IMG/VR virus record: IMGVR_UViG_3300021431_000094
Span: 35,915 to 99,914 of that record
Length of the DNA: 64,000 nt
Origin: a virus
Lineage: Duplodnaviria > Caudoviricetes
Strand: one strand, 5' to 3'
Shown here: piece by piece, positions 37,455 through 46,866 of the stretch
How the letters are laid out: each line of letters starts with the position of its first letter
How positions within the stretch are numbered: the first letter of the stretch is position 1
The notes under the pieces: model-generated
What the model saw: only the letters and a program-made list of their open reading frames with translations
The model's database searches: none
What the model was told of the DNA's origin: nothing
Position numbers and translations under genes: made by a program

Positions 37455-38006
37455 ATGAAACTACTGACATACGAAGATTATGAGGTCAAGATAGCACCTG
37501 AAGCTTTGAGTCTTTCAGTTTTTCGTGACATCTGGGAACGTGATAAGAATAAAGATAAACGTATGGCCCGGATGGAAATATCGTACATATATCTAATGGA
37601 AGACCCAAGGAGTGACTACCTGGCCATTACGGACCTCAAGCAACGCTCATCTGAAATAATCAAAGATGAGGGTTTGCCAAAAGGATGGAAGCCGGATGAA
37701 AAGATAAGAGCAGCTCAGGACTTTTACAAAGAGAAATTGCCGGTGCAGGCAAAATGGCTGGCCTCAGAGCAGGTTTATATCAACAAACTGGAAGAGCTTA
37801 TGCTGAATATTAATCCAGGAGCTACCAACAAGGAAGGCCGTTTCATCAATCCACTGAATCAGTCCACCCAGCTGATAGAGACATACAACAAAGCCATCAA
37901 ACAATATACGGAAACAGAGAAAACCATTTTTGCCGACCTGCAGCACGAAGAAAAGATACGAGGAACACAAGAAAAGGGAATGTTCGAGAATTTGGATGAT
38001 GTATAA
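37455..38006 (+). CDS. Conserved crAss pre-terminase protein (possible small terminase subunit); likely start ATG 37455
   Basis: F..IW.RDK.KDK..A..E..YIY.M.DPRSDY, LP.GWKPD; TAATG overlap with terL. Confidence 0.65.
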   Translation: MKLLTYEDYEVKIAPEALSLSVFRDIWERDKNKDKRMARMEISYIYLMEDPRSDYLAITDLKQRSSEIIKDEGLPKGWKPDEKIRAAQDFYKEKLPVQAKWLASEQVYINKLEELMLNINPGATNKEGRFINPLNQSTQLIETYNKAIKQYTETEKTIFADLQHEEKIRGTQEKGMFENLDDV

Positions 38007-40306
38007 TGGACCTTACAGCATTACAATTAAACAAGTATCAGACAAAATACACTAACGAACTACTACAAAAACTACCCGAAATTGTAGTTCAATGGCTCGA
38101 TGATGCCATAACGAACCATGTCTTTATCCAGCGGCTCATTTCAAAAGACAGACCATTGGCTAAAGACTGTGAGAAAGACGAAAAAGGAAGAGCAATATTA
38201 GATCTTACCAATCCGTATATCCTCACCGATGTAAGTTATTTCACGCAGACAGCGGACTTTTTTCGTAACAACAAATGCTATACCTTCATTAAAAGGAACC
38301 CAAATCCCAATTCAGAATATAGACGATTCTGGCGGCAAGAGATAAGGCGGTGTTGGGACGGAATGGTAAGACCTGAAGATGGTGCCTATGTGACAGGTCT
38401 TGAATACTTCTACCTGAACTTTTACCGGATGCTAGTCTCAAAGACAACAGAAGGTTCAAAGAGGGCAAGACGTATATATGACTTTCCAAGTTTTTTTGAA
38501 CTGGCACATTACCGCTACCGGTATTTGGAATATGCATTGGAAGCAGGTCTTAATGCGATAGAACTATCAAAACGTGGTAGCGGAAAAAGTTACTCTATAG
38601 CATCTATTCTGGCTCACAATCTTATATTAGGCATAGATGCCGAACAGAGAAAGGGGACGGTGGGAGGATTCATTGCTTCTGATAAGACCTATCTTGACAC
38701 AAAGAAAGATGGAACGTTGAAGAAATTCGTGGATGAACTGGCGTTCCTGCGTAAGAATACTGAGTTTCCCCGACTGATGACCAGCCAGAGCGGTAATGAA
38801 ATGGCTTGGAAGAAAGGTTACAAGGATACTGGTGGTGGTGAAGACGGAGAGAGCAATATTGTATTCGGGACAAGTGTGGCCAACGAATCAGACAAGCTTC
38901 GAGGCAAGCGAGGCTGGTTCATGTATGAGGAAATGGGTAACTTCCCGAATCTTTATGAGACCTACAATGCCAATCTACGTGGTGCTTCGGAAGGTGACTA
39001 CAGTATCGGATTAATCTATCTTATCGGTACTGCCAACAATAAGGAGAGCAACTTTGAAAGTGCCAAGACCTTACTTTATAAACCCAAAGAACATTCCATA
39101 TATAGTCTTCCCAATGTCTATGATGAGCAGAACAAAGGTCGTGATGAATTTGGCTTATTCACACCAGCTTTTTTGAATCGTCTGGGCTGTTATAATAAAG
39201 ACGGTATCAGTGATGTCACAAAGGCATTGCTTCAAATTATGCTGGCCCGTTACAAGGCTTATGAATCTGGAGAAGCATTCGCCCTGTTGCATGCAATCGC
39301 AGAAGACCCTATAGACCCTGCAGAAGCCATGATTCAAAGCCGTAAGGCATACTTCCCCACGACGGCTTTGAACGAACGACTGACGTGGCTTAACACCCAC
39401 CCTGAGGAACTGAACCGTCATTTGGTAGGAGAACTTGTTATGAAAGATGATGGAGAAGTGGTTTTTAAGCCAACCCATGATATACCACTACGCCATTGGA
39501 ATAGGAGCAAGGAGAATAAGAGTGATGAAAATATCGAGGGAGCATTAGAGATATTTGAAATGCCACAGAAATCACCACGTACTGGTAAGATAATTGAAGA
39601 TAGGTATATAATTGGCGTGGATCCTGTGGACCAGGAAGAGGGAGTAAGTGCATCATTGTTTAGTGTGTTGGTATTCGACCGCATGACAAACACTATTGTA
39701 GCAGAATATACTGGACGTAAGGAATTTTCTGATCAGAACTATGAAATTGTTAGACTGCTTTGCTATTACTATAATGCCAGATGTCTCTATGAGAACAATA
39801 TCCACGGAATGTATAACTATTTCAAACAATATAACTGTACCTATTTGCTGTATGACTGTCCGGAATGGTTGAAACAACAGGACAAAGTACATTATAATGG
39901 TGTCGGTGTCACCGTTAAGGGAGTACGAAGGACCAAACCCATCATCGATGTGCAGATAAAGCTGATTCATGACTGGCTTCTCACACCCCAAGACATATCT
40001 GTCGTAGATGATAATGGCAATATTCAGGTTGTAAATAAACCATTGTTATATACTATAGACAGTCCTGCATTGCTGGAAGAGTTAATAGGCTATTATGACA
40101 AGGCAAATGTAGATAGAATAAGTGCGTTAGGCATGGTGATGATAGCTCGGGAACAATATATGGAAATGGGTGAAGACAAGATAAATGACGGGCAAGACCT
40201 TATGGCAGATAAAAACTATCTTGGAAACAGTAAGTTTTTCACGAACCTGTATGACAAACGTAGGTCTGTAACCTATGGAGGTGTTTTTCCCAGAGATACC
40301 AATTAA
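38006..40306 (+). CDS. terL: Terminase large subunit
   Basis: Walker A KRGSGKS, Walker B MYEEMG, nuclease IGVDPVD, YENN, NVDRISALG. Confidence 0.95.
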   Translation: MDLTALQLNKYQTKYTNELLQKLPEIVVQWLDDAITNHVFIQRLISKDRPLAKDCEKDEKGRAILDLTNPYILTDVSYFTQTADFFRNNKCYTFIKRNPNPNSEYRRFWRQEIRRCWDGMVRPEDGAYVTGLEYFYLNFYRMLVSKTTEGSKRARRIYDFPSFFELAHYRYRYLEYALEAGLNAIELSKRGSGKSYSIASILAHNLILGIDAEQRKGTVGGFIASDKTYLDTKKDGTLKKFVDELAFLRKNTEFPRLMTSQSGNEMAWKKGYKDTGGGEDGESNIVFGTSVANESDKLRGKRGWFMYEEMGNFPNLYETYNANLRGASEGDYSIGLIYLIGTANNKESNFESAKTLLYKPKEHSIYSLPNVYDEQNKGRDEFGLFTPAFLNRLGCYNKDGISDVTKALLQIMLARYKAYESGEAFALLHAIAEDPIDPAEAMIQSRKAYFPTTALNERLTWLNTHPEELNRHLVGELVMKDDGEVVFKPTHDIPLRHWNRSKENKSDENIEGALEIFEMPQKSPRTGKIIEDRYIIGVDPVDQEEGVSASLFSVLVFDRMTNTIVAEYTGRKEFSDQNYEIVRLLCYYYNARCLYENNIHGMYNYFKQYNCTYLLYDCPEWLKQQDKVHYNGVGVTVKGVRRTKPIIDVQIKLIHDWLLTPQDISVVDDNGNIQVVNKPLLYTIDSPALLEELIGYYDKANVDRISALGMVMIAREQYMEMGEDKINDGQDLMADKNYLGNSKFFTNLYDKRRSVTYGGVFPRDTN

Positions 40307-40356
40307 AGGCTCAGCCTTTTAACGGAGCCATGACATACATTTTCTTTCTATTTTTG
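40305..40356 (+). promoter_or_regulatory. Portal promoter: palindrome plus -7 box TATTTTTG
   Basis: aaaggctcagccttt at 40305-40319; TATTTTTG at 40349-40356; 29-nt spacer. Confidence 0.8.
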
Positions 40357-40376
40357 CAATAGAAAAAAAATAGAAG

Positions 40377-42779
40377 ATGTCAGAAGATAATAAAATAAAG
40401 GAATTCCCACCACAGCGCATACCTAATTCGAAGAAAACAAAGAAATGGCGTGAAGACTGCATCCGGTATGCAGAGAACGTTAGTGTTTTGTCGAATTCAT
40501 CAGTCAGGATGAATAAGATCAATATCCGACGTAACTACCGACTTTTTGGCGGTAAGCTAGATATGCGTGATGTGGAACAAATCCTAAACCCCGAAGGAAT
40601 AGACTACGGTGTTGAGACGAAAAAGATACAACATTATCCTATTCTTAATTCCAAGATTGACATATTACTTGGAGAAGAGCGCAATAGTATAATTGAGGAC
40701 AGGGTTGTCATAAGTAATCCATCTGCCATATCCGAGATAGAGGAAGCAAAGATACAAGAAATCAAGAACAGACTGCAGGCAGATATTGTCGATGAAACTA
40801 TGAGCGAAGAGGAACGCCAAATGCGGTTGCAGGAGTTTGATTTAACATTCAATTATGACTATCAAGACCTTAAGGAAAAGAATCTCAACGAATTGTTGAA
40901 CCATTATAAGACAGAATATAATTTTCCTGCCATGTTTAACGAGGGATACATGGATGCCCTTGTAGCCAAGACAGAATGCTATTATTGCTATATAGAATGT
41001 GGTGAACCAAAAGTAGAAAGAGTCAATCTACAAGAACTATCTTTTTGGGGGAGTAAGAGTAATCGAATCGAAGATTATCCTTATGTTGTTCGCGAAAGAT
41101 ATATGTCGGCTAATAACATTTTAGATATATGGGGAGACCAAATGAGCGATGCCGATTACAGAAAATTCGATAGACTTATTCGAGGAGAGTTTGAAGGGAA
41201 TAATCTTTATGTCAGTGAAGACTATTATCATTTCCGTTATGGAGATAATCCGACCTTTGTGGACTCCCAGGGTTATTTTAAATTTGATGATGATACAGAC
41301 ATAAGCGAGCTACCTTATGATATAGGGAGCGGCATCAGGGTTTTGGAAGTCTTTTGGAAATCGATGTCTCAAGTATTAGCGGTACATTACTTTGATGAAG
41401 ACGGAAATAAGCAGGTGAAGTTTAGAACTCCTGGTTATATACCGGATGAAGACGCGGGAGAGACAGTAAAAAAGTATTGGAAAAACGAAGCATGGCATGG
41501 TGTGATGATTGGAGCCGGCAAGGATGCCATCTTTGTTGACGTAGGGCCTTGCCAGGTTCAATATAACAGATTGGGAAATCCTTCAAAGTGTCACTTTGGT
41601 TTTGTCGGCACTATCTATAACAATAACGACTACGAAGGAATGAGTGCAGTAGACAAGCTAAAGCCATTGTCATATCAATATGATGTAGTGATGGCAAAGC
41701 TAAATGAGCTTATTGCACGCAACTACGGCAAATTGACAGTGATGGATTTCGCCAGAGTACCGGCAGGATGGGAGCCTGAAAAATGGGCTTACTTCTTAAA
41801 GCTCGGTATATTCGCCATAGATTCTATGAAAGAAGGAGCCATAGGTGCTGCTAAAGGTAAACTGGCAGGCGGTGTTGCCAACACACCTTTGACTGCAGAT
41901 GGAGAGTTAGGTTCGAGCATCCTCAATTATGTTCAACTTTTAATGAACATAGACGCGAGTATGGAAAAGATGTTGGGCCTAACGCCTCAGCGAATGGGTT
42001 CTGTAAAAAATAGAGAGACTGTAGGAGGTGTCGAAAGAGCCGTGGCTCAGAGTAGTAATGTTACTTATTCCATGAGTTCAAAACATGATGATTTAAAGAT
42101 TCGTGTTGAATGGGTGTTTCTAGAAACGGCGAAGATTGCGATGAGAGGAAAAACGAAAAAATTCCCCTATATTCTTTCTGATGGTTCAATCAGACATGTC
42201 ATGTTGGATGGAAACGAAGTATCTGAACTTGATTTTGGCATGGTGCTGATGAATGGTTATGACGTTCAATCGATGCAACAGAGCATTGACCTTTTGGCAC
42301 AAGCAAAGATGCAGAACAACCTACTATCTGCTAGTGCTTATATGGAACTAAAGCGTATGACATCCATTTCCGAAAAGATAAAATTGTTGAAACGAGAAGA
42401 GGCTAGAATGCGTCAGGAAGCCCAACAGGCCCAGCAGCAGCAATTGCAGACACAGCAGATGGAAATTCAGATGAAGATGCAGCTTGAACAGCTAAAGTTG
42501 AGATTAGAAGAGCAAAACAATATCAGAGACAACGAGACAAAGATATTGGTTGCTCAGATTACTGCACAAAATTCAATCGAATTGCAGTCATCGCAAACGC
42601 AGGCAAATGGAGACAACTCTATAGAGAACGAGAAGTTAAGGAATGAAATGGAGAAATTCAATCAGGAAATGGAGTTAGAGAAAGAAAAGTTAGCATCACA
42701 AGAGAGGATGAATAGAGACAATAACGAGGTAAAAAAACAAATTGCACGAATGAAACCACATAAAACAAGCCAAAAGTAA
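40377..42779 (+). CDS. Portal protein (crAss-like)
   Basis: FPPQR..KK..KW, IQHYPI..KI..LLGEE, G.TPQR.G..RETVGGVERAV.QSS, Q-rich coiled-coil barrel. Confidence 0.9.
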   Translation: MSEDNKIKEFPPQRIPNSKKTKKWREDCIRYAENVSVLSNSSVRMNKINIRRNYRLFGGKLDMRDVEQILNPEGIDYGVETKKIQHYPILNSKIDILLGEERNSIIEDRVVISNPSAISEIEEAKIQEIKNRLQADIVDETMSEEERQMRLQEFDLTFNYDYQDLKEKNLNELLNHYKTEYNFPAMFNEGYMDALVAKTECYYCYIECGEPKVERVNLQELSFWGSKSNRIEDYPYVVRERYMSANNILDIWGDQMSDADYRKFDRLIRGEFEGNNLYVSEDYYHFRYGDNPTFVDSQGYFKFDDDTDISELPYDIGSGIRVLEVFWKSMSQVLAVHYFDEDGNKQVKFRTPGYIPDEDAGETVKKYWKNEAWHGVMIGAGKDAIFVDVGPCQVQYNRLGNPSKCHFGFVGTIYNNNDYEGMSAVDKLKPLSYQYDVVMAKLNELIARNYGKLTVMDFARVPAGWEPEKWAYFLKLGIFAIDSMKEGAIGAAKGKLAGGVANTPLTADGELGSSILNYVQLLMNIDASMEKMLGLTPQRMGSVKNRETVGGVERAVAQSSNVTYSMSSKHDDLKIRVEWVFLETAKIAMRGKTKKFPYILSDGSIRHVMLDGNEVSELDFGMVLMNGYDVQSMQQSIDLLAQAKMQNNLLSASAYMELKRMTSISEKIKLLKREEARMRQEAQQAQQQQLQTQQMEIQMKMQLEQLKLRLEEQNNIRDNETKILVAQITAQNSIELQSSQTQANGDNSIENEKLRNEMEKFNQEMELEKEKLASQERMNRDNNEVKKQIARMKPHKTSQK

Positions 42780-42785
42780 CAACGT

Positions 42786-43628
42786 ATGGATAAGAATTTC
42801 ATATCATTGAAGAGTGTAGCAGCAGACGTTTATAGTAAAGAGAAGATGCGCGACATGCCATTTGAAATGTTGATAAGCCTTACACTAGAACTTATGCAGA
42901 TAACTGGTTGTCCGCTTCTATTTCTTGACAAGGAAGAAGTGTTGGAAGTACATGAACACCGAGTAGAGTTGCCATGTAATTTTTATGAACTTCGACAAAT
43001 CAAGCTTGAAAGGTTATGCCATGGTGATAGAATGGCTAGTCCAATGAGGGTAATAGAGCAAACCCATACAACAGAATATGAAAAAGGAAATAATAAGGAA
43101 GCCGTTACTGTCACACGAAGGATAGGTTTCCAGGAAGTCGCTATCGTACCTCAGCATCGCCGTCCTGATAGTCCTATGTTCAAAGAGTCCACATCTACAT
43201 TTGTTGATGCCAACTTTCATCCTGGTGCCGACTTGACATATAAAGTACAAGGTAATATCATCATAACCTCCATACCGGAAGGTTTTATTCGTATTGCCTT
43301 TCGTGAAATAGCATCTGACGAAGATGGTTTTCCCATGATAGTGAATGATGCTTCTTTTCTGAGGGCGTTGAAGTCTTATATCAAATACAAATGGTATACA
43401 GATCTGTTAGACGAAGGCAAGCTCGGACAAGATGCCCATTACATATATGAAAAGGCAGAACAAGATTATTATGCCAACATATCCCAGGCAGAAAAATCAT
43501 TGCTTAACATTACGCCGGAGAAGATGCGGAATATTGCAAATATTTTGACAGACATGATGCCACGCAAGTATGAACATGCCTCCGGGTATAATGATCTGAA
43601 CAAGGAACATTCGCTCCGGGTACATTAG
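42786..43628 (+). CDS. Tail tubular/ring protein (P22 gp4-like)
   Basis: LPCNFY, YKVQGNIIITS..G.I.IA..D.DGFP.I..F.RAL..YI. Confidence 0.75.
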   Translation: MDKNFISLKSVAADVYSKEKMRDMPFEMLISLTLELMQITGCPLLFLDKEEVLEVHEHRVELPCNFYELRQIKLERLCHGDRMASPMRVIEQTHTTEYEKGNNKEAVTVTRRIGFQEVAIVPQHRRPDSPMFKESTSTFVDANFHPGADLTYKVQGNIIITSIPEGFIRIAFREIASDEDGFPMIVNDASFLRALKSYIKYKWYTDLLDEGKLGQDAHYIYEKAEQDYYANISQAEKSLLNITPEKMRNIANILTDMMPRKYEHASGYNDLNKEHSLRVH

Positions 43629-43642
43629 AAGTTTTTCATTTC

Positions 43643-43835
43643 TGTTTATATTCTGTTTACAAAGTAAGGCAACTGATTGAAATTCAGTTGCCTTTGTACC
43701 CTACGGCAGAGTCTATGTTATTTTGGATTTTTGGTATCTAATTGTATATTATGTACCTTTCTATGAGGTGATTTTAGAAAACATGGATATTTCTGGAGAT
43801 TATAGATGGTAAAAGTGTTTACATTTTTGTTTACA
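43643..43835. mobile_element. Putative attP region
   Basis: Immediately downstream of int; paired direct TGTTTAYA repeats at 43643/43654 and 43816/43828; inverted repeat 43666-43694 adjacent to a tRNA-3'-end-like CCGTAGGGTACA on the minus strand. Confidence 0.6.
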
Positions 43836-43857
43836 CAAAAGCACTCCTTTACTTAAT

Positions 43858-45072
43858 CTACAAAGAATTGAATTTTTTCATACTTTCTTCTTTCATTTTG
43901 TCGACAATCCCTAAGTAGCGTTTTAGCGTGTTGAATGATTTGTGGCCAGTCCACTTCATGAAGACCGCCGGCTGTATGTCTAAATAAAGAGCCATAGTGA
44001 TGAATGTCTTTCGGGCTACATGAAAGGTCAATGCTTCTGCTAATGTCATTTCCTTAATAATCCTTTCATTTCCTAAGAATATAGTCTTGTGTATCATTCG
44101 GTTAAGACCTGCCATCTCACCTATTGCTTTAAGGTATAAATTGGTTGATTGGTTGCTTAAAACAGGTAAAGCAAAATCACCTTTGATGTTCTTATATTTT
44201 TCCAAAATACCTTTGCTATAGTCATTTAGTTCAATTTTAAGGGAGTCATTTGTTTTTTCAGTGATGATTTCAAAATAATCCTCATGAATATTAGTTTTGC
44301 GTAATTGTTTGACATCGGAATACCTTAGTCCAGAAAAGCAGCAGAAGATAAAGACATCTCTTGTGGCTCTGTATTGAACTGGCAAATTACAGTTAGCTAC
44401 TTTTTTTATTTCGTCGGGATTTAGATAGATAGGTTCATCAAAGGCATAATGGAGTTTTGGTTGTAAAGTGAATCCTATATCAGTAGGAGTATATTTGTTT
44501 TCGAAGGCCCATTTCATAAAGCGTCTGAATTTGCGTAATATAGAATCGACCGATAAATTAGTCAATCCTTTATTTTGTAGGAAAGAAAGAAAACCAAGTA
44601 TAATGTTTTCGTCTATTTGAGCTATTGGTGTTCCTGGTCTATATTCGTGAAAATCCGTTTTGACGGTTAGAAGGTTTTTTTTAGTGTTGGGGCTCCATTG
44701 CTGCATGAGTTGTTCCTTTTGGATAAAGATGTTGAAGACCTCTTCAAAGGTTTGGCCATCATTATTCTTTTCATCCTGGTTTAGACCTAGAATTTTTCTT
44801 ATATCATCTTTAGTAGGAACTTCAAATTTCTCACCCTTCTCGTAGAAGAAATCCTGTAAGTTTTTTTTCATTTGAGTGAGCTGCCTATTGATAAATGCAG
44901 CGTCCCTCCAGTTTGGCTTGCATTGCTGTCTATTCTTATCCCACATCTTTTGTTCCACATGCCAAGGCAGATAAATCTGGAGTCTTTGATTGGCCCAGGT
45001 GAGACTAAGTGATATGCTATAACCGTCTTTCCTTTTTACAGGGTGAAGATAGTAACGTATGTTGTATTTCAT
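43858..45072 (-). CDS. int: Tyrosine integrase (Bacteroidota type)
   Basis: N-terminal arm-binding domain; SGLRYSD, KT, FHVARKTF, TGHK, KRY catalytic residues all present. Confidence 0.95.
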   Translation of the reverse strand: MKYNIRYYLHPVKRKDGYSISLSLTWANQRLQIYLPWHVEQKMWDKNRQQCKPNWRDAAFINRQLTQMKKNLQDFFYEKGEKFEVPTKDDIRKILGLNQDEKNNDGQTFEEVFNIFIQKEQLMQQWSPNTKKNLLTVKTDFHEYRPGTPIAQIDENIILGFLSFLQNKGLTNLSVDSILRKFRRFMKWAFENKYTPTDIGFTLQPKLHYAFDEPIYLNPDEIKKVANCNLPVQYRATRDVFIFCCFSGLRYSDVKQLRKTNIHEDYFEIITEKTNDSLKIELNDYSKGILEKYKNIKGDFALPVLSNQSTNLYLKAIGEMAGLNRMIHKTIFLGNERIIKEMTLAEALTFHVARKTFITMALYLDIQPAVFMKWTGHKSFNTLKRYLGIVDKMKEESMKKFNSL

Positions 45073-45079
45073 AGTTCAA

Positions 45080-45571
45080 TTATGTACCAAAAGGTTCTTC
45101 GTTCAAATTTAACAGGGAAGATTGTTCTAAGTCTTTTTTATTATATGGTTCTACATGCTGTGGGTTCATTTCTTTATAAAGAGATAGCTGTTCTTTGAGA
45201 GAGTTTATAAGTTCGTTTTTTAGCTCAGCATTCTTTTTTATAGCATCAATTAGTTCATCCTTTTGTTCAATCAATCGAATGAGTTGGGAGGAAGTCCATC
45301 CATAGTATTTATCTTTTTCGTCCTTTGGTTCAAGACCGTCGACATACATATTGCCATTACCGGTGAGCAACCATTCGATGTTGAATTCTTGGAAATGGTC
45401 ACAAACTTTATTGCACATCTTTCTCGACAGGTCCAATCTGCCGCTGCTTATCTGCCGTAAGGTAGATTCCTTGACACCGATCTCATCAGCCATTTGCTGC
45501 CAAGTCATCTTTTTGATTTCCTTTATTCTGACTAACCTTTTGCAGGCATTAATATCAATAGCTTTATTCAT
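45080..45571 (-). CDS. CI-like XRE helix-turn-helix repressor
   Basis: TWQQMADEIGVKESTL..G, NIEWLLTGNGNM; upstream of int and divergent from the lytic operon. Confidence 0.85.
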   Translation of the reverse strand: MNKAIDINACKRLVRIKEIKKMTWQQMADEIGVKESTLRQISSGRLDLSRKMCNKVCDHFQEFNIEWLLTGNGNMYVDGLEPKDEKDKYYGWTSSQLIRLIEQKDELIDAIKKNAELKNELINSLKEQLSLYKEMNPQHVEPYNKKDLEQSSLLNLNEEPFGT

Positions 45572-45741
45572 TTTTTTAAGGATTAAATTGGTTAAACATG
45601 AGTTTTAAGTCTAGCTATATTTTGTCTTTGACATTTCCTTTGTATTTTTTAACACATCAATAATACATTTTATTACAATGATTTAGGTAATTGCATAGAT
45701 TATTTAATAAACATTTTACTCCACATATCAATATTTATTTG

Positions 45742-45749
45742 TACCTTTG
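45742..45749 (+). promoter_or_regulatory. Early rightward promoter -7 box in the immunity region
   Basis: TACCTTTG(CA) in the AT-rich divergent intergenic region. Confidence 0.65.
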
Positions 45750-45853
45750 CAATATGATATAATAAATACATTTATCTATAATTTATGTATTCGAAGAGGT
45801 AAAATTATTTTATGAATATAGTATATTAAAGTATGTTTTAACTTTATTTAGAT

Positions 45854-46108
45854 ATGTTAGTAATAGAAAGTGAAGAAAAGTTTTCGGAAATCCTGAAAAA
45901 GGCAATGAAAGAAGTAGGGAGAGAAAGTAAAAACGTGAATCCGATAATAGGAGGATGGGACAATGTAATAGATTTCCTAGGCATCGATAAGCATCAGATA
46001 AAGCAGAACTACAAATCAGGCTTTTATGGTGATGCTTTACAAATACTGGGCCATTCTGTGGTACTGAATACACAAAGGCTTTGGGAAATATTAAAATCAC
46101 GTAAGTAG
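45854..46108 (+). CDS. Excisionase/Cro-like small DNA-binding protein
   Basis: First gene divergent from the repressor; I.G...V.DFLG..G.Y.DA..Q/I.G pattern. Confidence 0.6.
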   Translation: MLVIESEEKFSEILKKAMKEVGRESKNVNPIIGGWDNVIDFLGIDKHQIKQNYKSGFYGDALQILGHSVVLNTQRLWEILKSRK

Positions 46109-46111
46109 GGA

Positions 46112-46537
46112 ATGGAACCTATCATCATAGAAAAAAAGAAAGGCAGACTACTAGGTCGAAGCATTATGAAAACGTTGCTCAATGGATTGGGCGATGGTTT
46201 TTATAAGGTTACGATAAAGAAGATGCACCACAGCCGTAGTAATCAACAGAACAGATGGCTGTGGGGGCAGATATATCCGAGGATACTGCATGGCCTGATT
46301 GATGCTGGATGGGAGAACGTAACGACAGAAGAGCAGGTACATGAAATGTGTAAGGTGATGTTTGCCGGAACCGATATAGTAAATCCTAATACAGGTGAGA
46401 TTACAACAATACCTAATAGGACGAGTGAAATGGATACAGTTACTTTCAGCCTATATTGTATGCAACTAAGGATGTTTGCGAGTGATATGTTAGGGATTAC
46501 GATTCCGGAACCTAATGAAAGGCTATTGCAAGAATGA
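46112..46537 (+). CDS. NinB-like recombination protein
   Basis: RSNQQNRWLW..HE..K..TSEMD..F..Y..LGI.IP. Confidence 0.7.
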   Translation: MEPIIIEKKKGRLLGRSIMKTLLNGLGDGFYKVTIKKMHHSRSNQQNRWLWGQIYPRILHGLIDAGWENVTTEEQVHEMCKVMFAGTDIVNPNTGEITTIPNRTSEMDTVTFSLYCMQLRMFASDMLGITIPEPNERLLQE

Positions 46538-46733
46538 AAAGGTATCAGAAAGAAAGGCCAAACTAGGAACATGTTCTGATTGTGAGTATAGTACTCCCAA
46601 AGGAACAAAGAGTCTTAAAGGAGAGTTTTTCATGGGCGGTTGTGACTTTTGGACACCAGATGTTAAACACCCTAATTTTTACTTTCTAGATAAAGAATGT
46701 GAGAATGGGCATTATAAGAAGCGAAAGGATTAA
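46515..46733 (+). CDS. Small Cys-rich protein
   Basis: CSDC..GC..C. Confidence 0.55.
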   Translation: MKGYCKNEKVSERKAKLGTCSDCEYSTPKGTKSLKGEFFMGGCDFWTPDVKHPNFYFLDKECENGHYKKRKD

Positions 46734-46751
46734 TTATTAGTTTATAGTTAT

Positions 46752-46817
46752 AGGGGCTAGATCGGAAGTCATGAGCCGGTGACAAGGGTTTTTTGTCAAG
46801 TTGTTTTACCCGCCCCT
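46752..46817 (+). ncRNA. C4/CI-antisense-like three-way-junction RNA
   Basis: aggggc/gcccct, atcgg/ccggt, gacaag/tttgtc; segments complementary to downstream 46827-46835 and 46857-46863. Confidence 0.6.
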
Positions 46818-46866
46818 TTATTTAAAAACTTGACATTCGATTAATGAATAATAAAAATGACTTGAT

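Noticed and set aside
45630-45780. ACATTT repeats as repressor operators
   Set aside because: Short and AT-rich in an AT-rich region; no convincing repeated palindrome
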